From the NCBI GenBank assembly GCA_963815455.1, contig CAWFGO010000005.1, positions 128,001-192,000 of the forward strand: a stretch of 64,000 nt of DNA, given 5' to 3'. Numbering within the stretch: the stretch's first letter is position 1; the number at the start of each line of letters is the position of its first letter. Positions 10,615-21,116 of the stretch are shown here, in pieces. The DNA is from an uncultured Verrucomicrobiae bacterium (GTDB lineage: Bacteria > Verrucomicrobiota > Verrucomicrobiia > Chthoniobacterales > UBA10450). A program made the position numbers and the translations under genes. The notes below the pieces were generated by a model. That model saw nothing but the letters and a program-made list of their open reading frames with translations, was not told the DNA's origin and did no database searches.

Positions 10615-13600
10615 ATGACCCCGGGCTTAAGACCAGCAGTTCTCATCGCGCTGGCGCTCTTCATCGGCGGGACCAAACTGGCCCAGGCGCAAGACCGGAC
10701 CGTAAAACTGACGGTGAATGTGCTGAGCGATAACAAGCCGGTCCCAGGGGCGAAAGTAACGCTGGCTCCTAGTGCTGGCCCGGTGGTGACGACGGAAACA
10801 GCCGTGGATGGCAGCGCGACGGCCGACGTTTCGGTTGGTAAATCGGGTTGGTTTAGCTCGGATGCGACCATAAAGATCACGGCGCAGAAGGATTCTTATA
10901 CCGGCACGGACACGGTCAACGTGCGGGGCAAAGGATTTAAGAGTGGAACGTCGATGGAAGTTATTCGCACGATCGCCTTGAGTCCGCCGCCGGCGCCTTT
11001 GACTGCAACCTCGACAACGCGATTCACCGTGACCGTTGTCGATGAAAATGGGGGACCAGTAAGTGGCGCGAGTGTTTCCCTTTCGCGCGATGTATGGGGA
11101 CCGGATTCGGTCCTTTACGACAATCGAATGGAAACGGGGTCGGACGGGGTCGCGAGCACGGACATCCAGATCAAAGGCGACAGCCGGAGCTTCGGTGAAG
11201 GCTGGTTGTATTCGCCAACCTTCGATGTCGAGATTCGAAAAGATGACTTATCCGGAAAGGTCAGGTTCCAGATTGTCGGCGGCAAAACGTCGCAAGGCTA
11301 TCGCTATCCGCAATACATTGCCCGAAGGGTTATCGTTAGAAACTTCGAGCATGGCCAGGCAAAACAGAAAGCGACGATCAACGTCACGGTCGGCGTTGAA
11401 GACGATAAGCACAATGCCGTGGAAGGAGCTCGCGTGCTCATTACTGATCCCGGTCTTGGTGCCGCAACGGGAAGGTTTGTTGGGGTAACGGGCGCGGATG
11501 GGCGCGCAACGATTCCGTTTTGGTGGACAACGTCCGGCGAGGTGAACTTCGGCGTCCATGTTTCCAGAACTGGCTACCGGGACAAAGAGACGTTCATAAC
11601 GCTAAACGAACATCAGGTTGGCACGACTGTTTCGAGTGGAACAATCACTCTCGAAAAACTCAATCCCGGGGAGGAAGGAGTCACGGTCAACGTAAAGGTC
11701 TTGAACAAGAAGAACGGCCGAGGAGTGGTTGAAGCAAATGTCGTCCTGGATGGCGGGGGAGGCGCTTATTATTCGGAGGAAACAAACGGGCAGGGCGATG
11801 TGACCTTCAACGTCACACAAACGGGAACGTTCGCCGTGCGAATCACGCACAGCACGCTCCTGCCGTTCTCCGATGAGATTCGCCTTGTGGCCGACGACAA
11901 GAACAAACAAAGAAATTTCATTTTCAAGGCCGAGGGCAAGGACAAGGAGGAACAGGGCGAGGACACACTCGAAGTCACCGTTCTTGGGAAAGAATCTAGC
12001 GACGATAAGGCAGCGACCGTGCCTGTGGCGGGGGCGGAAGTGAGGTCGGGCGCGATCGTCGGCACAACCGGCAGCGATGGCGTGGTTCCGCTTCACGGTG
12101 CGTTTCAGGAAAAAACCGACCTGACGGTTCGGGCGGATGGTTACACGACGCAGGTGAAGAAGCTCACCTTCAAGAATTATTACAAGAAGCAGTTGCAAGG
12201 ACTCCTTCCCAACGTCGCAAAATCGCTGATCGCGGATGAGTGGAAAACGCGGATCGTGCTCGAGCCCGAACTGACAAACCAGAGCGCAATTCGGCTGAGC
12301 ATTGACGTCAAGGATTCCAAAGGCAACGGAATACCGAATGCGAAGCTGGACTTCTCTGCGGCCGACGGAACTTATCTGCCGTTAAAAGACCTGGGTTCAA
12401 ACACCAGGACAGACAGCACTGGAAATTTTCTCTTTCAGAGTAGCAAGCTTGAAGAACAAGACGTCGCAACCTTGCGCAAAGGTCTCGTCGTTAGCGTCAC
12501 AGCCGGGGGCTACCAAAGCATTCAGAATCGTTCGATTCCCGCGGATATGCTTCAACCATCAACCAAAACGACGCCCTTCCTTATCGAGATGGAGCGGGAC
12601 TGGAGCGAGTTGCGCAAGGCCATCGACGATCTCGAACCCCGGGTCTTCGCATGGAACAACGAAAAGGCGACACTGAGTCAAGACCTTGTGGGTCTCACAA
12701 AACTCAAGGCCGAAGTAACGCAAATTGCCCAGAAAGCTGCTGCGATTAGCGATGAAATCGAGCAGGCTAAGCTTCCGGCTGTCTATGGTCCAAGCGTAGC
12801 CAACATCCGGTGCAGGGAGGTGGACCGGCTGAAGGCGGCGATCGAAGGCTATTCGAAGGATGCAAACAGCAAGGAACAGGAACTGCGCAAGGTTCTCGAT
12901 CAAGCGAAAGCAATGGCTGCCACTTGTTCGAAGGCTTGGGAAGCGGAAGCAATTGGGAAGCTATACGAAGAGGCAGTCAGGCTAACGGCCGCGATCGGCG
13001 TCTTGGAAAAGAAGGCGGTCAAGGATGCGAATTCTCTGAAGGAATTCGCCAAGGCACAGACGGAGTTCAAGAAGAAGATCCCGGATTTGGAGACGAAAGT
13101 TTCCGCGCTTGTCGCAGATGCAAGCAAGGCGGCGGAGGTCGTGGCGAGGGCCGTCAAAGCCGCCGCCACGGTGCAGACCGTCAACAACACACTGCAAAAG
13201 AGTTACGCAACGCTTTGGGGCGAGTTGGCGAACCTGAAACAAACCTACGGTTTGGATAAACCCGTTGAACCAGTGCCGGAGGATCTCCTGAAACGCGTCG
13301 ATGCGATGCAGCAACTGCTTTCAAAAGTCCGCACCGATGTGTTCAGTTCCTCGACCGGCCTCGGCACGCTCCATGAGATTCAGGAGGCAGCCGCCGAACT
13401 CAAGGACAAGAAAGAAGCGGCCGAGGCGCTCCTGTCCCGTTACAAGAATGCAAAAGGCCTGTGCGACATCGAGTCGATGGACGACACGGTCGAGGACATC
13501 GGCGCCATCGTTACCGGTGCGACTCTTGAGTTAGGCGCGGCCGCCAATTCGGTGAGCGTGTGCGTGGCAAAAGCGAATGAGGCCAAAGATGAAGTGACTG

Positions 13601-14868
13601 TGCCCGATATTTCGCGCGCGGGCGATGATCCGGCTGCCCTGCTAGCGGCCGCGGCGCCATTTACCGGAACGATCGTGGCCACAAATAAAACGCCGCCCGC
13701 GGGAACGAAAAAGCTCTTTTCCAATCAGCTTCCTCTAGCCGGCACCAAAGCAAATCCCAAAACACAACCAATACAGATTTTCATCTATCAGTCAGTCGCG
13801 GAGGCGGCACAGTCGCCTTCGCCTTCTGCTCAAGGCGATCTCATAACTGTGCCGGACGTATCAGGCTTCAACGATCCCGACGCGATGCTAGCGGCGGCTG
13901 GTCCAGACATGGTCGGGATGATTATTGCAACAAACAAAACTCCGTCCAAAGGATCGACAAAACTCTTCGATCATCAGGATCCATTGGCAGGCACGAAATC
14001 CGAGCGTGGGAAGCCGTTGAAAATCTTTATCTATCAGTCGCTGGCCGATACGACGACCGTCGCCTCAGCTTCGCCTACCGCGACACCTGCTACCGCCGTG
14101 AAAGGCAAAATGCCTGACCTGGGAAAACTCACAATAGACCAGGCGGTGGCGCGTTTACCCTCGAATATGCGCATGGGTGGCGTTGAGGTCGGCAAGAAAC
14201 CAAAGAACACAGAAATACCCCTCACTATTTATTCGCAGTTTCCCGAGCCAAACACAGACATCGACACGAGTAGGATTGTTGTCGTAACCGTGAAAATCTT
14301 TGGCGAGGCTGCGTCTGACGAGGGTTCACCTTCACCCGCTGAAGATACCGCTTCACCGCCAGCTGTTGCAGATAGCACGTCACCGTCACCTGCTGACGAT
14401 ACCGCTTCACCGCCGCCTGTTGCAGATGATGCTTCGCCTTCACCTGCTGAAGATAACGCTTCACCGCCACCTGTTGCAGATAACGCTTCGCCGATACCTG
14501 CAGAAGATAACACTGGCAGCGGGTCAGGCGATTGGGTCGGCACCTGGGGGGAAAATGGTCCCAACGGACTCAAGATTAGCCGAGCAGGGTCGGGCTACAT
14601 TCTAGTCGGAAGCCTCACTGATAACAAACCGGTTCCAGGCAAGGAACAAGGAGGCTCGCTTGTGTTTAGTTGGGAGCTGGATCTCCGCGACGTGGTGGGA
14701 ATCCTCGGACAAGCGGAAAAGATAGGAAAGAAGGAGGATTCCACCATGAGCGCGAAGTACATCTTCACCCATAACGGCGACAAACTAGATATGGTGATGG
14801 AAATGACGGAACCGGGAGGCAAAGTTACGCGCAATTCTATACCGTCTATTCCTCGTGTAGGAAATTGA
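10615..14868 (+). CDS. Large secreted modular protein: carboxypeptidase-regulatory-like beta-sandwiches, long helical/coiled-coil region with Cys, three PASTA-like repeats, Pro/Ser-rich linker
   Basis: Repeated V.V.D..G.PV.GA.V.....TG.DG.A units; VTVPD/ITVPD/KMPD...Q.P.AGT units. Confidence 0.85.
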   Translation: MTPGLRPAVLIALALFIGGTKLAQAQDRTVKLTVNVLSDNKPVPGAKVTLAPSAGPVVTTETAVDGSATADVSVGKSGWFSSDATIKITAQKDSYTGTDTVNVRGKGFKSGTSMEVIRTIALSPPPAPLTATSTTRFTVTVVDENGGPVSGASVSLSRDVWGPDSVLYDNRMETGSDGVASTDIQIKGDSRSFGEGWLYSPTFDVEIRKDDLSGKVRFQIVGGKTSQGYRYPQYIARRVIVRNFEHGQAKQKATINVTVGVEDDKHNAVEGARVLITDPGLGAATGRFVGVTGADGRATIPFWWTTSGEVNFGVHVSRTGYRDKETFITLNEHQVGTTVSSGTITLEKLNPGEEGVTVNVKVLNKKNGRGVVEANVVLDGGGGAYYSEETNGQGDVTFNVTQTGTFAVRITHSTLLPFSDEIRLVADDKNKQRNFIFKAEGKDKEEQGEDTLEVTVLGKESSDDKAATVPVAGAEVRSGAIVGTTGSDGVVPLHGAFQEKTDLTVRADGYTTQVKKLTFKNYYKKQLQGLLPNVAKSLIADEWKTRIVLEPELTNQSAIRLSIDVKDSKGNGIPNAKLDFSAADGTYLPLKDLGSNTRTDSTGNFLFQSSKLEEQDVATLRKGLVVSVTAGGYQSIQNRSIPADMLQPSTKTTPFLIEMERDWSELRKAIDDLEPRVFAWNNEKATLSQDLVGLTKLKAEVTQIAQKAAAISDEIEQAKLPAVYGPSVANIRCREVDRLKAAIEGYSKDANSKEQELRKVLDQAKAMAATCSKAWEAEAIGKLYEEAVRLTAAIGVLEKKAVKDANSLKEFAKAQTEFKKKIPDLETKVSALVADASKAAEVVARAVKAAATVQTVNNTLQKSYATLWGELANLKQTYGLDKPVEPVPEDLLKRVDAMQQLLSKVRTDVFSSSTGLGTLHEIQEAAAELKDKKEAAEALLSRYKNAKGLCDIESMDDTVEDIGAIVTGATLELGAAANSVSVCVAKANEAKDEVTVPDISRAGDDPAALLAAAAPFTGTIVATNKTPPAGTKKLFSNQLPLAGTKANPKTQPIQIFIYQSVAEAAQSPSPSAQGDLITVPDVSGFNDPDAMLAAAGPDMVGMIIATNKTPSKGSTKLFDHQDPLAGTKSERGKPLKIFIYQSLADTTTVASASPTATPATAVKGKMPDLGKLTIDQAVARLPSNMRMGGVEVGKKPKNTEIPLTIYSQFPEPNTDIDTSRIVVVTVKIFGEAASDEGSPSPAEDTASPPAVADSTSPSPADDTASPPPVADDASPSPAEDNASPPPVADNASPIPAEDNTGSGSGDWVGTWGENGPNGLKISRAGSGYILVGSLTDNKPVPGKEQGGSLVFSWELDLRDVVGILGQAEKIGKKEDSTMSAKYIFTHNGDKLDMVMEMTEPGGKVTRNSIPSIPRVGN
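14326..14511 (+). repeat. Intragenic 54-nt tandem repeat (about 3.4 copies; SPSPAEDTASPPAVADST-type 18-aa unit)
   Basis: Visible in both DNA and translation. Confidence 0.9.
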
Positions 14869-14891
14869 AGTTTATGGTTGGTTAACTACCG

Positions 14892-16548
14892 ATGAAACAA
14901 TTTCTGATCGCCGGCGCACTATATTTTGGCCTTTGGACAGCCGCAGATGCGATCGACATCAACGGGAAAGTGCGCAGCGCCGGCGGAGAAAATGCCACCG
15001 TCACGACTGATGCCGACCTGCTGCCGAAGCCCGGCGACAAAGCCGAAAATCTTTTTCAAGATGCCAGGGAAGCAGGTCGAAATCGCTGTCGCCACTGGAC
15101 ACGTTTCCGAAATCACTGGCGATGATATCATGGTCAAGATCGACAATGCCACCGGCACAGTGAACAAGGATCAACTTGTTCGGATCACATCGGAGCAGCC
15201 GCAGAAAAGGCCTGCGTTTGTGACACCGTCCGAGCCATCGCCTTCTCCAGGCGAGGCCAGAAAAACCGGGACGGATGTTCAGCCTTCTGGTCGCGACCCG
15301 AGCTTCGTCTTCGTGGATTTGAACAAGATCTTCAAAGACTATCCGAAAACAAAAGAGAGCGAAGCCAGGATTAACGAAGCGAAAAACGCCGCGAAACAGG
15401 AATTCGACGAACGTGTCGCCAGGAAGGAGCCGGAGACGGAACTCAAGGAATGGCGCGTGGCGCGAGAGAAGGAGCTTCAGGATCAGGCCTCGAAAATGAG
15501 GAACGAAATCGTGGGCGAGATTACCTCCGCGGTCAAGCAACTCGCCGGCACGACGGCGAACGTCGTGGTGGACATCAGCGGGATGAGTTTGAACAGCGTT
15601 CCGGTTTTCGTGTACACCCCGAGCGCTGCGAACATGAGCGATCCCGTCGCGTCAGCTTTGAAGGGCCAGCAGCCGTCGCCGGTCAAGCCCATGAAGAATC
15701 TCAAATTCGCGCTCGTAAATATGGCCGACGTTTTCAAGCGCTCCACTAAGACGAAAGCGGCCGAGGTCGAGATCAACGCGGCAAAGAATACCGCAAAGAA
15801 GAGTTACGACCAGCTCGTCGCCTCCTACAACAAAGAACTGGCTCGCGCGGAATCATTATCCGGAGCAGCGAAGGATAAACAGATCACGAAAGTGAAGGCG
15901 TTAGAGCGCAAGATCAATGATTTTCGCGTAACCAAAGAGAAAGACCTGCAAGCGCTGGCGCTGAAGAAGCGCGACGCGATCGCGGCGGAAATCACCAAGG
16001 CAGTCGGCGCGAAGTTGGTCGGAGAAAGTTCCGTGGTCGTCCTGGATTCCAGCGGAATGTTACTCAATGGAGTGCCGCTCGTCATTTTCAGCCGCCAGGT
16101 TCCGGATTTATCGGATGAGATTGTGACGGCAATGAATGCACCAGGCACGAAGAGTAGCGCTACCACTACGCCACTCGCTTCCTCGAGCGATCTCCGTCTC
16201 GCTTATGTGGACATGGATCGCATCTTCAAAGCCATGCCAGAAACTGGCGCCGCCGAGGCCGAGATCAATGCCATGAAAGAGAAAGCCGCAGCGGAACTGG
16301 CCGGCGCGACTAACGAAGCCCGCCAGGCAAAAGAGAAGGAACTGCAAGATGTCGCGGTTAAGAGACGGGAAGGAATCGTTGCAAAGGGCACCGCCGCTGT
16401 GCGGCAGCTCGGCGGGAGCGCAGGTTACAATCTTATTTTCAACAGCAGCGGCAACAGCTCCTATGGTGTGTCGCTTGTTATCTCGACCCACGAACTGCCC
16501 GATTTGACCGACGAAGTGATTGCCAGGCTGACCAGCGCCGGGCGCTGA
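14892..16548 (+). CDS. Secreted protein: shared N-terminal beta domain plus three tandem OmpH/Skp-like domains (frameshift near 15045)
   Basis: ORFs 14892..15125 and 14926..16548; extra A seen by alignment to paralog 17889; three VD(L/M)..IFK..P.T..AE..IN...D.SG...GVP....DLSDE units. Confidence 0.8.
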
Positions 16549-16549
16549 G

Positions 16550-17779
16550 TTATTTTCGTTTCCCGGTCCATTGCCCATCTGCCGGAGCGTCGGGATCGCT
16601 CTTATTGTTATACTCGCCGCTGAAGGTCTGGCCGTCGGCCGAAAGGGTGAAGCGCCCTGTGCCGGGGCTGCGGTTGTTTTGCGTCCAATTGAAGCGCAGG
16701 ACGCGATCCTTGACCGTGCCGTCGATGGTGCCGTTGTGCCAGGGATGCGTGTAGGTGCCGGTGACCCGATCGCCGGTCTGGGTCAGGGTCATCTCGCCCC
16801 AGGTCGTGTCCCATTTCCCGGCAAAGGAATCGTTAGGCACAACGCGCGACAACGCTTCTTCCGATGGCACGTCCGACACCGGAGCGGACTTGGCGAAGAC
16901 TTCCAAATCGGCCGGGGACGCTCTCGCGGAAGGCATCGCGGCACCCAAGACCGTGATGCGCACATTCCATGCGCCCGAGTTGTCGGCCAGGGTATCGTCG
17001 TTGATGCCGAGGTATAATTCGCCGTTCCCGTAGGGCGCGCCGCCGCTGAAAGTATGAATGTATTTGCCGACCGGAAGGGCAGGACCGCCGTTGCCGACCT
17101 TGGCCATAAGGCAAAGTGATTTCAGGAGCGGCTGCGGCATATTCGACAAAAATTCGTCGCGACCTTCCGGCGGGACCTGATGATAAAAAACACGCGCATC
17201 GCTTTGACCTGACGCTTCGATCATTGCCGAAGCTTCGATCCGCACGGATGTCCCGCCATCAAGCATGACGCCGGTTGGAGTCCAGGCCTGGTTTGCCGGC
17301 ACTTGAATAGTCAACGATCTCTGGCTCCCTGGGTCGGGCGCCGCTGGTTTCGACGGCACAGTAGGCTCATCGCCGGGCGGTGGCGGAACATCACCCACGA
17401 CAAAGGGAAATCGCACGACGATCCGATTGTTCCCCCCATCCCAGCTGATGTAACGCGCTTCGTATTTTCCTTTCGCCAGCCCGCCGAACTGGATCGTTCC
17501 ACTCGCTTGCGTCCCCGGCGCCTTCGACCACGGGTTTCGCTCGCCAATGTCCAGGTTGATTGCGCTCACGCTTCCCTCCTCTGCTCGCGCGATCGTAATC
17601 CAATCCCGCACGTGCACCTTCGGGTTGGAATACTCGACCGCGATCGGCTCATCGGCACCATAAGCCAGCTTTTGCGCCTTGATCGTGACGCCTTCAGCGC
17701 TGGCGGCCGTTTGTGCTTTGGAATCGACCAAGCCGAGCGTAAGTCCCGCGAGCGAAAAGATAAATATCAAGCGTCTCAT
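16550..17779 (-). CDS. Secreted multidomain protein with a LecA/PA-IL-like lectin domain and a C-terminal beta-barrel domain
   Basis: Signal peptide; VPANQAWTPTGV....GELYLGINDD...DNSG motif; FAGKWDTTWGEMTL C-terminal domain. Confidence 0.7.
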   Translation of the reverse strand: MRRLIFIFSLAGLTLGLVDSKAQTAASAEGVTIKAQKLAYGADEPIAVEYSNPKVHVRDWITIARAEEGSVSAINLDIGERNPWSKAPGTQASGTIQFGGLAKGKYEARYISWDGGNNRIVVRFPFVVGDVPPPPGDEPTVPSKPAAPDPGSQRSLTIQVPANQAWTPTGVMLDGGTSVRIEASAMIEASGQSDARVFYHQVPPEGRDEFLSNMPQPLLKSLCLMAKVGNGGPALPVGKYIHTFSGGAPYGNGELYLGINDDTLADNSGAWNVRITVLGAAMPSARASPADLEVFAKSAPVSDVPSEEALSRVVPNDSFAGKWDTTWGEMTLTQTGDRVTGTYTHPWHNGTIDGTVKDRVLRFNWTQNNRSPGTGRFTLSADGQTFSGEYNNKSDPDAPADGQWTGKRK

Positions 17780-17888
17780 CAGTGCGTCAGTCTACTTAAT
17801 CCCAGGACTGATGAGCAAGCCTTCGTATTGCCTTGTAATTCCAAAAGGCTCGACAGTCTGCACGCCGGTCGCGACAATTCCACCGGCG

Positions 17889-18732
17889 ATGAAAACGATG
17901 AAGCGATACTTGATTGCGGCGACCTCATTCTGGGTGGTTGTGGCGGTGGCTCACGCCGTTGAGATCCGGGGGACGGTAACCAACGCGACTGAAGAATACG
18001 CCACCGTCACGACTGACTCCGATTTGTTCCCAGTCCCCGGTGACAAGGCAGAAATCTTTTTCAAGATGCCAGGGAAGGAGGTCGAAATCGCTGTCGCCAG
18101 CGGCCACGTTTACGAGATCACCGGCGATAACATCATGGTCAAGATCGACAACGCCACCGGCACGGTAAACAAGAATCAACTTGTCCGGATCGATTCGCCA
18201 AATCCATTGAAACGATCGAAAGCCGAGAAGGCCTCCAGCGGCCAGTCTTCAGGTCAATCGACGAAGGTCACGATTAGCTTTGATGATTTGACGCCGGGAC
18301 CGATTTCGAACGACGCGTTTGCCGATCGCGGCGTCCGGTTGACAAGCAACGAAAGGCGAACCCGGCATTTATTCCGCCGATCCGAACATGGTGATGCCTC
18401 CATCCCATCGGAACGTCCTCCTTCTCGCGGGCGAGCGAGTTACATCATTCACGATTACTTTCCAAAGTCCGGTCAAGCGATTCGAACTTATCCGAACGGG
18501 CGCGGCCGGCGGCACGTCGCTCCCGACTTGGACGATGACAGCATTTGATGGCGGAGGAAAAAAAATCGACAACACCGGAGAAAAGCATGGCCTGCCCGCC
18601 GCCGCGAAACAGTTCGCCGTCGAGGGCGCAGGCATCGCTCGCGTGGAAATCGTCACCGATAATCGCAATGGCGCTGGAACCTGGGCCACCTGGAGTTCCT
18701 TGCCCATCGCCGCGTTCGATTTTGACCGCTAA
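17889..18732 (+). CDS. Secreted protein: shared N-terminal beta domain plus a jelly-roll-like C-terminal domain (frameshift near 18350)
   Basis: ORFs 17679..18548 and 18388..18732; N-domain nearly identical to that of 14892. Confidence 0.75.
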
Positions 18733-18840
18733 AGAAAATTTAAGAGATGGACATTTGCAGAACCGTCGTCTTCCTCCAAGAACCTTGCTTTGCCACGCGT
18801 TTTTTGACCTGATAGGCAAGAGAATACCAGGCGCTTCACA

Positions 18841-19851
18841 ATGAACTTACGAAAAATCATCCCCTTGCTCGCCCTTGCCATTGCGTTCCCCGTCTCGCTC
18901 GGCGCAATTCAAATCACCGGCAAAGTCACTGAGATCGCCGGCGACGTCGCCACAATTGCAATGGATGGCGACGTATTGCCCAGCGTCGGCGACAAAGTCG
19001 AAATCTACTTCAAGCTCGGAAAGGCCGAAGTCTCCGTCGGCAACGCCCACATTACCGAAGCGACTACCAGATCTGTAAAAGCGAAGATCGACAATGCCAC
19101 CGGCAGCCCGGCTGCGAATCAGTTGGTTCGCATCACTCTCGGCAAGCAATCGCAAATAAGCGAGAAACCGATGCCAACCAAACCAACGGGCTCAAATCCT
19201 GTAGTTGGCGATTGGACTGGAGCGGCTCCGGGCGATTCGAAAGTGTCATTCAGTTTCAAAGCGGACAACACTCTGTTGTGGGTAGTGGAACAGCCGACTT
19301 CGACGATGGCGGTCACGGCCAAATATCGCGTCGATACTACCGTGATGCCCAATGTCGTTGAGTTTTTCGATTTCGAGGAAGGCGAATTCAAGGGCGCAAC
19401 ACTACGTGGGTTTTTCGAACTCCAAAGCGACGGCCGCCTCAAGATCGATCTGAGCGAAAAGCAAGAGCGGGGATTTAGTGACAGGGAAACTCTCCTGATG
19501 TCGCGCGCGACCACGCCGATTGTACGTCCGTCGCCCGTCGCATCATCGTCCGCGAGCGCGAGCGCAAAGCCGGCGGATGTAGAGAAAGTTTTAATCGGAC
19601 ATGAACGCCTCCTTGCTCGCGATTACGACGGCGCTATTCAAGCCTACACTGAAGCGATCAATTTAAATTCCACCAACGCCGCCGCCTTCGACGGGCGGGG
19701 CGACGCATTCGCCCGGAAAGACGATTTTGATAGCGCGATCAACGACTGGCAAAACGCGATCAGTTTGGATCCGAAGCGCAAACAAACATTGGAGCCACTG
19801 ATCGACCAGGCGAAGAAGCTAAAGGACCTCAACAAAGTACTCTCCCGATAA
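18841..19851 (+). CDS. Secreted protein: shared N-terminal beta domain, lipocalin-like domain, TPR
   Basis: ITGKV...LPSVGDKVEIYFK...VKAKIDNATG....QLVRI; VVGDW domain; TPR (AIQAYTEAI, AFDGRG). Confidence 0.8.
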   Translation: MNLRKIIPLLALAIAFPVSLGAIQITGKVTEIAGDVATIAMDGDVLPSVGDKVEIYFKLGKAEVSVGNAHITEATTRSVKAKIDNATGSPAANQLVRITLGKQSQISEKPMPTKPTGSNPVVGDWTGAAPGDSKVSFSFKADNTLLWVVEQPTSTMAVTAKYRVDTTVMPNVVEFFDFEEGEFKGATLRGFFELQSDGRLKIDLSEKQERGFSDRETLLMSRATTPIVRPSPVASSSASASAKPADVEKVLIGHERLLARDYDGAIQAYTEAINLNSTNAAAFDGRGDAFARKDDFDSAINDWQNAISLDPKRKQTLEPLIDQAKKLKDLNKVLSR

Positions 19852-19953
19852 AGGATCTCAAAAAGGTGTTGGAAGGGCATCGCAAATAGCGAGCGGGATT
19901 AGCAAAATCGGTCCGAGCCGGACTAGCCCATTTGAAAATCGAAATCGTCCCAG

Positions 19954-20346
19954 ATGACTGCGCAGACCTTTTTTAGCGAGCTGAAGCGGCGTAATGTTTA
20001 CAAGGTCGCGCTCGCTTACGCGGTCATCGCGTGGCTCCTGATCGAATCAGCGTCGGTTGCGCTTTTCGATCATGAAGAACGGGCCGGAGCCGTAACGGTG
20101 CTCATCGTGATCCTGGGGCTTGGCTTTTTCCTGGCGCTCTACATTTCCTGGGCGTTCGAAGCCACCCCGCAAGGAATGAAACGCACCGAGAACGTCCCGG
20201 CCGACGCCGTCCTGCCGACGTGGAGTCGCCGGAAATTCACGATGTTCATTGTGATCGTCGCCGCGCTCGCCGCGAGTCTGCTCGTGTTCGATGTGGCTCG
20301 CAGCCGAACCAAATCGACTTCGCCGCAAACAACAGCCGCGCCTTAA
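19954..20346 (+). CDS. Stand-alone N-terminal membrane module of the TolB-like/adenylate-cyclase-associated TPR family
   Basis: FFSELKRRNVYKVA and WAFEATPQGMKRTE motifs; ends after the third TM. Confidence 0.75.
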   Translation: MTAQTFFSELKRRNVYKVALAYAVIAWLLIESASVALFDHEERAGAVTVLIVILGLGFFLALYISWAFEATPQGMKRTENVPADAVLPTWSRRKFTMFIVIVAALAASLLVFDVARSRTKSTSPQTTAAP

Positions 20347-21116
20347 GTAATCGTCCCTCCGGCTCGGACCGAGAGCGGATCACTTCCGCATTTCCCGTCC
20401 ACGCGCCAAAAAATGGCCTCGTTGTCGATCTTCTCGATAGGGGCGGTAATGGAGAGTTGCGATCTGAATTCATTCGCCGCCTTGGCGCATCCTTCCCAGG
20501 CATTGTAATCGTCCAGAATAATGATCCCTCCGGGCGAGATGAGTGGATAAAGATAGTTTAGACAAACCCGGGTCGATTCGTACCAATCGCCATCCAGACG
20601 CAAAATTGCGATTGGCCCCATCTTTCCCGCCAAATCGGGGACCGTTTCCTGGAACCATCCCGCATGAAACGCGGTGGTCTGCGGATCCAGATCGAAATGT
20701 GAAAAGAGAAACTCCTTAACCTCGGGGAGCTCCGAACGACACTGGCCAACACTTTTTAAAGCGCCGGATGAACGTCCCCCGCTGATTTCCGCGGCCCGGG
20801 CTCCGTCATCCGAAGTCGGTTCGGGCAGACCCTCAAACGAATCGAACAGATGCAACGTCCGATTTGCCCCGGCCCGCTTCAAGACCAGCCCCATGATGGC
20901 CGCCGATCCGCCCTTCCACACTCCACATTCCACGAAACTGCCTTCCACATTCTCATTCAATATCTGGTTGCAAATATCCCAGAGATGCTTGCACCGCGCC
21001 GGGCTCGTTACGGTGTATCGCCGCACCCGGTACAGCGTCATCGCCCGCGGAATGGAAGGAAGTCCTTCGAAGAACCAACGCCAGCGACTCTGCTGCAACC
21101 GGTAAAGAAAGCTCAT
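20343..21116 (-). CDS. TylF/MycF/NovP-family O-methyltransferase
   Basis: VECGVWKGGS, LFDSFEGLP, GWFQET, LRLDGDWYEST and DDY motifs. Confidence 0.92.
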   Translation of the reverse strand: MSFLYRLQQSRWRWFFEGLPSIPRAMTLYRVRRYTVTSPARCKHLWDICNQILNENVEGSFVECGVWKGGSAAIMGLVLKRAGANRTLHLFDSFEGLPEPTSDDGARAAEISGGRSSGALKSVGQCRSELPEVKEFLFSHFDLDPQTTAFHAGWFQETVPDLAGKMGPIAILRLDGDWYESTRVCLNYLYPLISPGGIIILDDYNAWEGCAKAANEFRSQLSITAPIEKIDNEAIFWRVDGKCGSDPLSVRAGGTIT

